A stretch of 57,718 nucleotides of DNA from Ancylomarina sp. (GCF_041555295.1 NZ_JBFFKR010000001.1:1-57718), one strand, 5' to 3'; positions 29,360 to 40,437 are shown, counted from the stretch's first letter. Numbers and translations are program-made. The notes: generated from the sequence alone by a model not told the origin.

Positions 29360-29752
29360 TTATTTTGCTGATGTTGCTAAAATCAGTTTGTATTTATTGT
29401 TTTTTGCGATATTCATCACTTTTACGACTTGCTCCATTGATACTGATTTATCAACATGAAGTGAAATCGTTGGATCTTCATGTTTAGCTAATAAGTTCTG
29501 CAATTTACCTTCTAACTTTGAAAATGAAGTAGGTGTTGTTTCAATATAGTAATTGTAATGCTTATCTATCGATACGGAAGTAATCGGGTTTGATGCAGTT
29601 TGATTACTACTTTTAGGTAATAATAACTTTAATGCATTAGGTGCAATTAAGGTTGATGTTACCATAAAAAAGATCAACAATAAAAAGACAATATCAGTCA
29701 TGGAAGACATGCTGAAATTGGGGTTGACTTTATTTCTAGATTTTAATGCCAT
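29360..29752 (-). CDS. exbD: ExbD/TolR biopolymer transport protein
   Basis: SSMTDIVFLLLIFFM. Confidence 0.92.
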   Translation of the reverse strand: MALKSRNKVNPNFSMSSMTDIVFLLLIFFMVTSTLIAPNALKLLLPKSSNQTASNPITSVSIDKHYNYYIETTPTSFSKLEGKLQNLLAKHEDPTISLHVDKSVSMEQVVKVMNIAKNNKYKLILATSAK

Positions 29753-29760
29753 AGCGTGAA

Positions 29761-30471
29761 TTACTTGATTGGTTCATTCAAAAGATCCATAAATTCAGTA
29801 GTTGTAGCCTCCATTGTGAAAACAACTTTTTCAACTTTAGCAACTAAAATATTGTAGGCAAAATAAGCGATGATACCAACGATTAGACCAGCAACAGTCG
29901 TCACCATAGCGGTATAAATACCATTTGCTAAAAGTGAAACATCAATATTGTTTCCGGCATTTGCCATGGCGTAAAAGGCTTGAATCATACCCATAACTGT
30001 ACCAAGGAAACCAATCATTGGGGCAGCACCAGCTACGGTAGCAAGTGTTGGTAGATTCTTCTCTAATTTTGAAACCTCAAGGTTCCCTATATTTTCTATG
30101 GCAGCATTTACATCGTTTAAAGGTCGACCGATACGTTTAACTCCTTTTGATATCATCCTTGAAACTGGTGTATCATTCGATTCACAAAGTGATAATGCTG
30201 AATCTATTTTACCTTCGTGAATGTAGTCTTTTATACGATTCATGAAATTATCATCCTTCTTCGAAGCTCGTCTGATTGCATAAAAGCGTTCGAAGAATAT
30301 CCAAATGGCAATAATGGATAAGGCAAAGATTGGAATCATAATCCAACCACCTTTAAAAGCTAAATCAATAAAATTAAGTGTGATTTCAGTAGATTTTGTT
30401 CCAGCTTCGCTTAAAACGTCCTCATTTTGAGCCATGTTCTGAAGTCCTGCAAACATCGAAAGGTAATTCAT
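29761..30471 (-). CDS. exbB: MotA/TolQ/ExbB proton channel
   Basis: APMIGFLGTVMGM, AMVTTVAGL. Confidence 0.92.
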   Translation of the reverse strand: MNYLSMFAGLQNMAQNEDVLSEAGTKSTEITLNFIDLAFKGGWIMIPIFALSIIAIWIFFERFYAIRRASKKDDNFMNRIKDYIHEGKIDSALSLCESNDTPVSRMISKGVKRIGRPLNDVNAAIENIGNLEVSKLEKNLPTLATVAGAAPMIGFLGTVMGMIQAFYAMANAGNNIDVSLLANGIYTAMVTTVAGLIVGIIAYFAYNILVAKVEKVVFTMEATTTEFMDLLNEPIK

Positions 30472-30500
30472 ATTGTCAATTTTCTGATTTGTCGATATAT

Positions 30501-30536
30501 AAAAAAACGAGATATAATATAAAATATTATATCTCG
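30501..30536 (-). terminator. nhaD terminator
   Basis: CGAGATATAATAT inverted repeat plus T7 on the minus strand. Confidence 0.8.
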
Positions 30537-30639
30537 CTAAATTAATATTTGTATTTTCTTCTTTGACTATTTCGAGTAGATTTTTTTCAAAATCCTCAAG
30601 TTAAATATTTACAGGGTATTACTGCCATAAACTTGCGGC

Positions 30640-32028
30640 TTATAACAGGTAAGTTGCTTGCAAATAGAAAACAGCTGCTCCAGCTAAATAGCCGATAAGA
30701 GCAAGAAGAGAAATCTTCTTTAAATACCAGATGAAATCAATTTTTTCCATTCCCATAGCAGCAACACCAGCAGCAGAACCAATAATCAATATAGATCCTC
30801 CTGTACCAGCACAATATGCTAGGAATTCCCAGAAGATACCATCTTGCATAAAGTTCGCAGCATAGCCGACAGCTTCAGGCCCAGTGATATCATACATGCC
30901 CATTGCAGCGGCAACTAAAGGTACATTATCAACAATAGCAGAAAGGACACCAATTGCCAGGTTAATGGTGTATACATTGTGCAGATTTGAATCTAGCCAA
31001 CTGGCTAAGATATCCAAATGGCCCGCTGATTGCATACTTGAAACGGCAGAAAGAATACCTAAAAAGAATAAGACAGTAGGAACATCAACTTTCTTTAAAA
31101 CACCAGTAACATTTAAACGAGATTTATACTCATGTCCTTTATTACGATGCATTATTTCTGTTACAACCCACATAACACCTAGTCCGAATAACATTCCTAA
31201 GTATGGAGGCAAATGCGTTACAGTTTTAAAAACGGGAACAAAAAGAAGTGCAGATACACCTAAGCATAGCATAAAAAGTTGCTCTTTATGTGTGGTATAC
31301 TCTTTACTGTCAGCATCATTTATTTGTGGACGAGTTACATCACCTTTTAACCAGAAACTTACTACAACAAGAGGAGCAAGCATTGTGAATAAACTTGGTA
31401 TTATTACGTGTCCTACAATATTAAGAGTTGTTACCTGACCACCAATCCATAGCATAATAGTGGTTACATCACCAATTGGGGACCATGCGCCCCCTGCATT
31501 CGCAGCTAATACAACCATAGAGGCAAAAAACCAACGGTCTTTCTGATCATCAATAAGCTTACGGATTAAGGCAACGAGTACAATAGTTGTTGTCAGATTA
31601 TCCAAAGTAGCGGACATGAAGAATGTCAGGATACTTAAGGTCCAAAGAAGCTTAACTTTGTTTGTTGTTTTAATCTTATCAGTAATGATTTTAAACCCCT
31701 CGTGTTGGTCTACAATTTCAACAATGGTCATAGCTCCCAAGAGGAAGAAAAGAATGGCCGAAATTTCCGAAAGGTGATGAAGAACTTCATGATGGGTGAT
31801 AAAATGAAGCATAGCTTCTGGGTTGTCGGAACCTGGATTGTTAAGTACGAATTCATTCCATGCCCTACTTACTCCTGAACCAAGGATGTCAACACCACCA
31901 AACACATAAAGTGCCCAAGTTATAACTCCTATTAAAAGCGCCGAAGCGGCTTTGTCAATTTTCAATGGATGTTCGAGGGCAATCGCAATATAGCCAAGAA
32001 CAAAAACCACGACCATTAATGTAAACAT
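30640..32028 (-). CDS. nhaD: Na+/H+ antiporter NhaD
   Basis: LDNLTT, NAGGAWSPIGDVTT, VDNVP, GGSILIIGSAAG. Confidence 0.93.
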   Translation of the reverse strand: MFTLMVVVFVLGYIAIALEHPLKIDKAASALLIGVITWALYVFGGVDILGSGVSRAWNEFVLNNPGSDNPEAMLHFITHHEVLHHLSEISAILFFLLGAMTIVEIVDQHEGFKIITDKIKTTNKVKLLWTLSILTFFMSATLDNLTTTIVLVALIRKLIDDQKDRWFFASMVVLAANAGGAWSPIGDVTTIMLWIGGQVTTLNIVGHVIIPSLFTMLAPLVVVSFWLKGDVTRPQINDADSKEYTTHKEQLFMLCLGVSALLFVPVFKTVTHLPPYLGMLFGLGVMWVVTEIMHRNKGHEYKSRLNVTGVLKKVDVPTVLFFLGILSAVSSMQSAGHLDILASWLDSNLHNVYTINLAIGVLSAIVDNVPLVAAAMGMYDITGPEAVGYAANFMQDGIFWEFLAYCAGTGGSILIIGSAAGVAAMGMEKIDFIWYLKKISLLALIGYLAGAAVFYLQATYLL

Positions 32029-32247
32029 ATTATCTTGTTTTAATAGTTAATTAATTGCTTTTTGTCGGTCACTAATATAGTTATATTTAACTATCTGGAG
32101 AATGCCAAATGTCGCCTAATTCCTAATAAAAGTCGATATCGAGTAATTTAGAATGAGCATTAATAAAAAAAAGAGGTTTTGAATTTTCACAACACTAAAA
32201 GTCAAAATTAAATGTTTATTCAGATAAGTTTTTGTTATTCAGTCTTT

Positions 32248-35200
32248 TTAATTTTTTTTGTTAATTCTCAAAAAGTTTAGGTATTTTCTGAACAGTTCAC
32301 CGACTGTATTAAAATCTTCTTTATAAAATATACCAACACCTTGTGTATTACGAGAGGCATTATCTGATAAATAATCATTAGATCGGGTGAAAGCTTTCAA
32401 TTTCAATTTTCCTTTTTGATCAATTTTTATATTTACGTCGAAGTCACCTACAATATCATTGTCTTGGTTTTTATTAGAATTGGTTCCCAAATTACCATTA
32501 ATTGTTACTTTATCATCGAAAATCTGCGTCGAAAGAGCAACTTCTATTTCATCGCTAGTAATATTGTCACCCGGTCGATAACTGAAACCAACATCAAATT
32601 TATTACTAATCTGACTAAGCCAGTTAGATAATTGATTAGACAATAACTCACTAGTTGTGACCCCAACCGCATAACTTGAATTTTTATTTTCAAATTCAGC
32701 ATCCGTAGATCGCATATACTCTGGTGTATAAAAACGATTCAATACCAATAAGGATAGAATTTGTTTGTTCATCTCATCTTCTGTTGAGAAAAGAGCATCA
32801 AGAATACTTTGTGTTTGTTGATCTAGTGTTGGAAAATCGATATCGAAACGAATATTAGGATTGCTAAGTTGTTGGCTTAGGTTCATTTTACACTGAACTT
32901 GTATCTTTTTCTTGTTCTCGACATATGGCGTATTTAATAAGAGATCGTAAAGAGTTGTCTTTACATTGTATATGGCATTGATATCAATTGTTGCACTGTA
33001 TGGATCTCCATTCCATTTAATTGTCCCACCATTTGATAAATCAAACTTTTTGTTGATTACATTTTGAAGTGTGAATAAATAACTTCCAGTATTGATGGTG
33101 TAATTACCGTAAATATTAAAATCACCTTTTGTATCAATTCCTAGTTTTAGATTACCAGTACCATTTGCTTTTATGATGTCTCCTATTTTAGGGTCTAAAA
33201 TGATTTGTATATCGGTTTCTGGTGTAATTTCAAGGTTGCAATTTAGTTTTATACCGCTAAGATCGATATCATATTTTTCCTTTGCGATTTCGACTGTTTC
33301 ATATGAGTTAATGAAAGTGATAAAATTGCTTTTCTCAATGTCACCTGTTTTGTTCAGAGGGATGTATATTCGGGTATCTTTATTGGTTTTCACATCGATC
33401 TCAATTTCTATATCATCTGGAGAACCATATAGGTGTGTAATGCCCGTCATGTAAGCTTGACCGTATAGAAGCTCATTGTCAGTAATTTTGGTGTTAAGAA
33501 GTTTGAAGTTTTTAGTATTAAGAGCTATGTCTAAATCAATTTTTTCGAAATTATTGTGTGAGATAGCACCATAAATTTCAGCCAGATTATTTTCGGAATC
33601 ATACAATTTTAAGTTATTAAATTGTATTTCTTGTGGTGTGAAAATAATACTGTCATTGCAAGAGTATTTAGTTTGCAACTCATCAATCTTGAAGCTTGTA
33701 TCTAGGAATTTAAGCTTACCATAAAAGCGAGGTGAACTGGTAGGACCTTCAACTTTCATAAATCCACCCAATCGTCCTTTTAGTTCAGATATATTTCCTT
33801 CCAAATAAGGACGAAGTGCATTCATACGCATCGAATCTAAGCTGAGACTTAGATTAATTGAATCTGATACAGGAAAATAGTCACCTTCAATATTAATCTC
33901 TCGCTTATTGTTATGAATCGCATATGATTTAATAGATAGCTTTTGTTCAATTTTATCCCAATCACTTTTAAGATGGAAATCTCCAATAGTATCACTATTA
34001 AAAGTTAAATTATCTAGAATAAGGTCAGATTTAGTTAGGCGATCTCCATAGAAGTCAGAGAGTTGAAAGTAGCCTCTAGTATTACCATCAATGCCTAAAC
34101 TTTTGCCGTTAGTAATCGTATTTATATTCTTCAAGCTGATATTATTGATCTGACATTTAATCATGTCTTCAACTTGAGTTGAAATCTTGCCATCTATAGA
34201 TAGAAATTGTTCATCTTGCCTAATCTCAAATTGGTCGATAGTATAGCTTGTACTGTCTATTTGAATGTGTGATTGACTTATTTGCCAAGTCCTATCAGAA
34301 AGAATCAAAGTGCTGGGTAGAATATCAATTTCCCATTTCGGATCTGAATTCAGTTTTTTAGAACTGGCAGTTCCCATGACAGATAAGGAGCCACTATATG
34401 TTTTTGCACCCCAGTTATTCCAGTTTAAATCGTATTTAACTTGGTTCTTTTGGGCTTCAATCTGATGTGAAAGATTGAAAATGTTATAATCATTGGTGAA
34501 AGATAATTTATCGCTACGTCCCTTTAAACTGAGTTTATTGTTGTTGGTGTTCAAGCTTACCTTAATTCCTTCAATATATTTTGAGTCGTAATTTAAGGAT
34601 GGAATGTCAAGTTCAAGGTTTAAGGAATGCTCTTTTGCATTAATTTTCCCACTCAGTTGACTTTGGGGTGCTAAGCTTATTTCAGGATAGATTAGTTCGG
34701 TCAACTCTGCGTTTTCCTTTAATAACAGATCGAATTCAAACTTATTGGTTGAGTCTATTTTAGTGTATGATGAATCAGGAGCATAGGCTGGTAGGTAGTA
34801 GTATATCATGTTTGATAAGGATGAAACGAGCTTATCAAGTTCGTAGTTTCCTTTCACATTTAAATCTGCTAAATCTGATTTTAAATTGAATTGTTTGAGT
34901 TCTGGTGTGGTTTTAGAATCGATTGTAATCTTATCTAAATTGAATTCTCCTCTGTCGTTTTTGTATTTAATATCATCGATCAAAATATTACCATTAGCAT
35001 TATCAAATCGTGCACCTGTAAAGTTTGCATTTAAGCTTAAACTGAGTTCCGAGAGTTCATCTTTTGTATTAAGATGTAAAGGAAATAATTTAGCATTCTT
35101 CAATTGAGAATTGAAATTAACTACTGGAGTCTCCTTTGAAAGGTCGATTTTACCTGTAAAGTCAAGCCCTATATTTGGGTCGAGAAGTGAGATTTTACCA

Positions 35201-36681
35201 TCGAAATGTTTATCAGCAAAATACCCGTCGAGTGATAAGTTCTTGTATTCGTAATCAAAGAAATTGAATTTTCTGATATTACCTTTCATTACACCTTGAG
35301 TCACATCTTTAGAGGTGGATCCCTTTAAGGCAACATTCATTGATACTTTTCCAATCTTTTCTTGACCTAAAAGGTGTCCAAGGTTAAAATCTTGAGTATT
35401 TATATCACCTGTGAAACTTAGGTTGTTTTCTATAAGGCTGGGCTTGAGTAAAATATCAGTTCTGATATTACCCTGGTCAGTTTGGAAATTTCCATAAAAG
35501 ACAAAATCGTTAAGAAAACCATTGAACTTTCCTTGATAATGTATGAGACCCAAATTATCTAGCTGACTAGGAAGTTGAATATAATTGTCCTCATAGTTAG
35601 GGATGTAAATACTCTCAATGTCTGAAATGCTAGTTGTAAGATCTTTAAAATCAGCTTCGAGGTATGAGTCGGCAATACTAGGGAGACCATTCATATAGAA
35701 TCGGCCTTTGAAGCTGGTTTGATTCCCATAAAGGATATTAATATTCTGCCCCTTTAAATCATAAATTGTTCCATACACATGACCAGATAAGAAACCGTAT
35801 TCCCTAAAGCCTAAAAGTCTGTCGTTAAAATAAGCCAGATCTTCGAAATTAATTTTTGATGATTTAATTTGAAAATCAAGCTTCATTTTTTTAGTAAAAT
35901 GCCTCCAGTAGCCTTGTCCACTTTCATAATTTAAAAGTATCTGTCGTGCAGAAACATTACTTTTAGTTGAACTCATGGTCACACCTGACATACCCCATTG
36001 TGTTGGTGTAATCCAAGAATGAGTTTTAAAATCTTTTAAAACAAAGCCTGATTTTTCAATACAACTCATATGTTTTAAATCAAAAACAACAGAATCGCCA
36101 ATGATTTTAATCTTACGAGCTTGAAGTTTGATGTTTTTAACATCAATGTCGTCGTAATTCATGCCAAAAGCTTGTTTTTTTGCATGAATTGTAACAAAAC
36201 TGAAATGAGAATTTATTAAGTCGAGGTTTGAAACATTAATATTCCAAGGTTTCCCTTGTATCAATGTATCTTGGACTTCTTGTTTTTTTGAAAGAGAATC
36301 GATAAAAACTTGAAGGTTTTGTTTTCGATCTTCACCCTCGTACAAATTAAAATATGCTTTATTTAGGATCAGCTTGCCTATATACGCTTTTCTTGTTTTG
36401 AAATCTATTGAATCAAGTTTGGATTTCAACTCTCCAACATAAACTAAAGTATCCTTTTTATAATCTTCAATGTAAATACCTTTGAGGATGATGTTTTTAA
36501 AAGGAGAAAAGTCTACACCTTCTATTGTAACAGGAGTATGGGTCTGTTCAGATATATATATGGCTATCTTTTGACTAATATACGTTTGTACGCGAGGGCT
36601 CAAAAATATTAGATATGTCAATATAAGCACCATAATGATACTTGCTATGGACCAAATTGATATTTTGAGGAATTTTTTAAT
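32248..36681 (-). CDS. tamB: Translocation and assembly module TamB (AsmA-like/DUF490)
   Basis: N-terminal TM then PRVQT; long beta-rich body; C-terminal WNGDP...QGVGIFYKEDF; divergent from tsaD. Start uncertain (ATT 36681 proposed; ORF track gives TTG 36711). Confidence 0.88.
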   Translation of the reverse strand: MKKFLKISIWSIASIIMVLILTYLIFLSPRVQTYISQKIAIYISEQTHTPVTIEGVDFSPFKNIILKGIYIEDYKKDTLVYVGELKSKLDSIDFKTRKAYIGKLILNKAYFNLYEGEDRKQNLQVFIDSLSKKQEVQDTLIQGKPWNINVSNLDLINSHFSFVTIHAKKQAFGMNYDDIDVKNIKLQARKIKIIGDSVVFDLKHMSCIEKSGFVLKDFKTHSWITPTQWGMSGVTMSSTKSNVSARQILLNYESGQGYWRHFTKKMKLDFQIKSSKINFEDLAYFNDRLLGFREYGFLSGHVYGTIYDLKGQNINILYGNQTSFKGRFYMNGLPSIADSYLEADFKDLTTSISDIESIYIPNYEDNYIQLPSQLDNLGLIHYQGKFNGFLNDFVFYGNFQTDQGNIRTDILLKPSLIENNLSFTGDINTQDFNLGHLLGQEKIGKVSMNVALKGSTSKDVTQGVMKGNIRKFNFFDYEYKNLSLDGYFADKHFDGKISLLDPNIGLDFTGKIDLSKETPVVNFNSQLKNAKLFPLHLNTKDELSELSLSLNANFTGARFDNANGNILIDDIKYKNDRGEFNLDKITIDSKTTPELKQFNLKSDLADLNVKGNYELDKLVSSLSNMIYYYLPAYAPDSSYTKIDSTNKFEFDLLLKENAELTELIYPEISLAPQSQLSGKINAKEHSLNLELDIPSLNYDSKYIEGIKVSLNTNNNKLSLKGRSDKLSFTNDYNIFNLSHQIEAQKNQVKYDLNWNNWGAKTYSGSLSVMGTASSKKLNSDPKWEIDILPSTLILSDRTWQISQSHIQIDSTSYTIDQFEIRQDEQFLSIDGKISTQVEDMIKCQINNISLKNINTITNGKSLGIDGNTRGYFQLSDFYGDRLTKSDLILDNLTFNSDTIGDFHLKSDWDKIEQKLSIKSYAIHNNKREINIEGDYFPVSDSINLSLSLDSMRMNALRPYLEGNISELKGRLGGFMKVEGPTSSPRFYGKLKFLDTSFKIDELQTKYSCNDSIIFTPQEIQFNNLKLYDSENNLAEIYGAISHNNFEKIDLDIALNTKNFKLLNTKITDNELLYGQAYMTGITHLYGSPDDIEIEIDVKTNKDTRIYIPLNKTGDIEKSNFITFINSYETVEIAKEKYDIDLSGIKLNCNLEITPETDIQIILDPKIGDIIKANGTGNLKLGIDTKGDFNIYGNYTINTGSYLFTLQNVINKKFDLSNGGTIKWNGDPYSATIDINAIYNVKTTLYDLLLNTPYVENKKKIQVQCKMNLSQQLSNPNIRFDIDFPTLDQQTQSILDALFSTEDEMNKQILSLLVLNRFYTPEYMRSTDAEFENKNSSYAVGVTTSELLSNQLSNWLSQISNKFDVGFSYRPGDNITSDEIEVALSTQIFDDKVTINGNLGTNSNKNQDNDIVGDFDVNIKIDQKGKLKLKAFTRSNDYLSDNASRNTQGVGIFYKEDFNTVGELFRKYLNFLRINKKN

Positions 36682-36795
36682 AGTTTTGTGCTTTTGAGTG
36701 CAGTTGCACAAAATTAGATAAAAAGAAATAGAAAACAGCTAGTGTAAGCTGTGATTATAGTCTTTTTTAATGTTTTTAAGTTAATTTTTAATTTG

Positions 36796-37818
36796 ATGAG
36801 TATAACGATATTAGGAATTGAATCATCATGTGATGATACGTCGGCTTCGGTTTTACGCGATGGTGTGATTCATTCTAACATTACTGCCACTCAAACTGTG
36901 CATATGGCATATGGTGGAGTTGTGCCAGAGTTGGCATCTCGTGCCCACCAGCAAAATATTATTCCGGTAGTTGATCAAGCTTTAAAAGAAGCCAATGTGA
37001 CAGCTGATGAAATTGATGCTGTTGCCTTCACACGAGGACCTGGATTGCTGGGTTCTTTGATGGTTGGTACCTCTTTTGCTAAGGGCTTTGCTCTATCAAA
37101 GAACATTCCTCTAATAGAGGTAAATCATCTAAAAGCTCATATTCTTGCTCACTTTATTGATGATTTAAAAAACACTTACGATCATCCTAATTTTCCTTTT
37201 TTAGCACTTTTAGTTTCAGGTGGCAATTCGCAAATTATCATTGTGAAAGATCATATGGACATGGAAGTCATTGGTGAAACGATTGATGATGCCGCAGGCG
37301 AAGCCTTTGATAAATGTGCAAAGGTTATGGGAATTTCTTATCCAGGAGGACCTATAATTGATAAGCGATCGAAGGAAGGCAATCCATTGGCTTTTGAATT
37401 TAGTAAACCAAAAATCCAAGGGCTAAATTATAGCTTTAGTGGATTAAAAACCTCATTTTTATATTTCCTTCGCGATAGAGTTAAAGAGAATCCTAATTTT
37501 ATTGAGGAGAATATGAATGATTTGTGTGCATCAATTCAATATACGATTGTTGATGTCTTGATGAATAAAGTAAAAAGAGCTGTTCGTGAAACAGGCATTA
37601 AGGAAGTTGCTATCGCTGGAGGTGTTTCTGCTAATTCAGGTCTTCAGAATGCGATGAAGGAAGCTGCTGTTAAAATGGGATGGAAAGTTTATATTCCACA
37701 GCTAGGTTATTCACTTGATAATGCTGCAATGGTTGCTATAACAGGGTATTTTAAATATCTGAAAAAAGATTTTGTGGAACAGGATACAGCTCCTTTTGCA
37801 AGAATGACTATCAAATAA
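36796..37818 (+). CDS. tsaD: tRNA t6A37 threonylcarbamoyltransferase
   Basis: ILGIESSCDDT, GGVVPELASRAH, HLKAH, DDAAGEAFDK, DNAAM. Confidence 0.97.
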   Translation: MSITILGIESSCDDTSASVLRDGVIHSNITATQTVHMAYGGVVPELASRAHQQNIIPVVDQALKEANVTADEIDAVAFTRGPGLLGSLMVGTSFAKGFALSKNIPLIEVNHLKAHILAHFIDDLKNTYDHPNFPFLALLVSGGNSQIIIVKDHMDMEVIGETIDDAAGEAFDKCAKVMGISYPGGPIIDKRSKEGNPLAFEFSKPKIQGLNYSFSGLKTSFLYFLRDRVKENPNFIEENMNDLCASIQYTIVDVLMNKVKRAVRETGIKEVAIAGGVSANSGLQNAMKEAAVKMGWKVYIPQLGYSLDNAAMVAITGYFKYLKKDFVEQDTAPFARMTIK

Positions 37819-37822
37819 AATT

Positions 37823-37857
37823 AAACAGCCTTGAAATATTTTTTCAAGGCTGTTTTT
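37823..37857. terminator. Terminator between convergent genes
   Basis: AAACAGCCTTGAAA/TTTCAAGGCTGTTT. Confidence 0.88.
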
Positions 37858-37875
37858 ATATCATTCGAATTGATT

Positions 37876-38325
37876 CTAGTCTGTTGTAATATTTAGATAA
37901 CCTTTTAAAACCATGATGGCTTCATCAGAAAAATCCTTAAGGCTAATTCGATATTCTTCTTGTTCCTTCGTTAATACAATGAGTTCATTATTAATAAGCT
38001 TGAATTCTTTAACATCTTTTCGGTAGATTTTTGTTCGCCTTTTAAACCACCCATATTTATATTTTATCCTTCGTGAGTTTATTTTTAGATATTCACGAGG
38101 ATGCATAAACTTACAGCCTAATAGAATTCCGACAGTATATATCGATGCAATAATGATTAAAAATGGTGCAAAATATTTACATAGATAGATAACCTCGAAG
38201 TATCTTACAAAAAAGTATAATACAATAGCAGTGATGATAGATGCAATACCAATGGCTAATTGTTTACTCTTACCATTAAGTGCTTTAATCTTATGACTTC
38301 GGATATCGTATTCGAATTGAAGCAT
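37876..38325 (-). CDS. Hypothetical membrane protein (2 TM plus small soluble domain)
   Basis: 149-aa ORF with two hydrophobic segments. Confidence 0.65.
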   Translation of the reverse strand: MLQFEYDIRSHKIKALNGKSKQLAIGIASIITAIVLYFFVRYFEVIYLCKYFAPFLIIIASIYTVGILLGCKFMHPREYLKINSRRIKYKYGWFKRRTKIYRKDVKEFKLINNELIVLTKEQEEYRISLKDFSDEAIMVLKGYLNITTD

Positions 38326-38409
38326 GGCAGTTTGTTTTTAGTATTTGATTCAAGTTACTTAAAATTGAACCAACATAAAAACCTTTGTCTGAATTCGGGA
38401 CAAAACCAT

Positions 38410-38952
38410 TTATTCTTCAATCAGAATTTGTGAGAATAAGTTATTTTGTTGAATCATATCAGAATAAGAATTGGAGATGAAATCTTTTGGGTTGACTTGA
38501 AGTAATTTAATATAAATATTGCATTGCTCTTGAAGTGAATCCTTAGAGAGCTTATTATCTTTGTTTGAAGCTTCAATTTCTATAAATGTTCCTAGATTTT
38601 TGACTGTGTCTAAATGGAATTTCACATTATCAATAAAAAATATCTCTCTATCTTTCTCAACAATGCATTTGTTGCCAATCGCATTTTCTAAAATCGTTTT
38701 AAGACTAGAATCTACCTCGGTTTTATAAAGTGTGAATTTACTTTCTTTACTTCCTTGAGTATTTTCTCTTTCGTAATGGATCAAGTTGTTTTCAATATTT
38801 CCTTCACGAAGTTTTAAACGCCCCTTGTTAGAATTGAAATAGGTGTCTTTTTGATGATCTATACCTTTGAAATCTGCATTTTGACTTTTAAGGATGTCTC
38901 TAACTTTGTTTAAGTTGGAACAGCGAGCTTTGATTTCTATATTTATTGGCAT
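38410..38952 (-). CDS. CYTH domain / class IV adenylate cyclase-like protein
   Basis: N-terminal EIKAR (ExK), QKDTYF, RLKLR, HLDTVKNLGTFIEIE. Confidence 0.88.
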   Translation of the reverse strand: MPINIEIKARCSNLNKVRDILKSQNADFKGIDHQKDTYFNSNKGRLKLREGNIENNLIHYERENTQGSKESKFTLYKTEVDSSLKTILENAIGNKCIVEKDREIFFIDNVKFHLDTVKNLGTFIEIEASNKDNKLSKDSLQEQCNIYIKLLQVNPKDFISNSYSDMIQQNNLFSQILIEE

Positions 38953-39015
38953 GGTCTATTTTGAATAAATTTATGGCTCAAAAGTAGATATAAATTTGAT
39001 ATGAAGACGATTTGT

Positions 39016-39585
39016 TTAGTTTTGAGATAGTACAAGTTCTATAATCTTGTCAGCAATTTGATGAAGAGGCGTAATAAACTGTGGTTTTGCTATTTTATAA
39101 GCTTCTGAAGGCATGATTCTAGCGATAGCATTTTCAGGATCTTCTACGATACAAATTCCGCCCAAATCATTTATCTGAAGTAAACCATTGGCTCCATCCT
39201 GATTTAAGCCCGAAAGGACAACACCAATAAGATTTTGTTTGTAGCACCAAGCTGCCGTTTCGAATAACACATCGATTGAGGGTCTTGAATGATTGATTTT
39301 AGGATCGGTTGAAAGAGCAAAGGTTTCGTCACACTCAATTAATAAATGGTAGTTTGGTGGTGCAAAGTAGACTGTTCCAGGAGAAATAGGCTCTTTTTCT
39401 TCAGCCTCCTTTACGAATAGTTGGCTGATGTCATTAAGAAAACGAATAAAAGAATCGTTTTGATTGTCTCCAATATGGAGAACAACGATTACTGCCAAAG
39501 GGAAATCCTTAGGTAGTAGAGGAATAATAGCCTTTAGGGCTTCTAAGCCTCCAAAAGAGGTGCCTATTACTAAAGCTTTATACAT
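39016..39585 (-). CDS. cheB: Stand-alone CheB methylesterase (no REC domain)
   Basis: GTSFGG (Ser), LHI (His), RPSIDVLF, SGLNQDG (Asp). Confidence 0.9.
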   Translation of the reverse strand: MYKALVIGTSFGGLEALKAIIPLLPKDFPLAVIVVLHIGDNQNDSFIRFLNDISQLFVKEAEEKEPISPGTVYFAPPNYHLLIECDETFALSTDPKINHSRPSIDVLFETAAWCYKQNLIGVVLSGLNQDGANGLLQINDLGGICIVEDPENAIARIMPSEAYKIAKPQFITPLHQIADKIIELVLSQN

Positions 39586-40436
39586 GATTTGCTTAGGCTT
39601 TTCTTATAAATCTTTTGTTTATCATCCACATTTGAGAAACAATTCTCATTGGTTGTGAATTTCAAACTTTCCTTTGATCCCAGACACAAATGTCCACTAG
39701 ATGACAGACTCTCATGGAATAAGTTGATCACCTTATTTTGCAAATCTCGATTGAAATAAATGAGAACATTGCGACAAATAATAAGGTTTACTTCGGCAAA
39801 AACAGAGTCTGTCACGAGGTTGTGATCAGCAAATACGACTTTTTTAACCAAGGATTGATCCAATTTGATTGATCCATATTTCATGGTGTAAAAATCTGAT
39901 AACTTAGATTTTCCTCCAGATTTCGCATAATTTCTCTCAAATTGGTCAATGTCACGAATAGGGTATATGCCTTGTTTGGCTACTTCCAGAACTTTTCGGT
40001 TAAAATCGGTAGCATAAATCTGACAACGGTCTAGAATGCCTTCTTCTCGTAAAAGTATAGCAAAGGAATAGACTTCTTCACCCGTTGAACAACCTGCATG
40101 CCATATTTTAATAAATGGATATGTTTTTAGATTTGGAATAACATGTTCTCGAAATGAAGCATAAAATTCAGGATCACGGAACATTTCAGTGACATTGATG
40201 GATAAATCCTCGAGTAATTCGATAAAGAAATCTTTCGAACGTAAAATCTTATCCTGCATTTGAGAGATACTTTCCAAATTGCTGATAGCTAATCGATGTA
40301 CCAATCGTCTTTTAATATGAGAACGGGAATATCTTCGAAAATCATATCCGTACTTCTGATAAATGGCTTCAAGGATCAAAGGTATTTCAATGTCGATATT
40401 ATCAAATTTTTCAAGTTTATCCAGATTGCTTGCCAT
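39570..40436 (-). CDS. cheR: CheR protein-glutamate methyltransferase
   Basis: GYDFRRY, NVTEMFRDP, IWHAGCSTGEEVYS, CRNVLIYF. Confidence 0.93.
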   Translation of the reverse strand: MASNLDKLEKFDNIDIEIPLILEAIYQKYGYDFRRYSRSHIKRRLVHRLAISNLESISQMQDKILRSKDFFIELLEDLSINVTEMFRDPEFYASFREHVIPNLKTYPFIKIWHAGCSTGEEVYSFAILLREEGILDRCQIYATDFNRKVLEVAKQGIYPIRDIDQFERNYAKSGGKSKLSDFYTMKYGSIKLDQSLVKKVVFADHNLVTDSVFAEVNLIICRNVLIYFNRDLQNKVINLFHESLSSSGHLCLGSKESLKFTTNENCFSNVDDKQKIYKKSLSKSCIKL

Positions 40437-40437
40437 T

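Noticed and set aside
30884-31438. 184-aa plus-strand ORF (and similar antisense ORFs elsewhere)
   Set aside because: Lies entirely opposite a well-supported gene (nhaD) and has no recognisable motifs.
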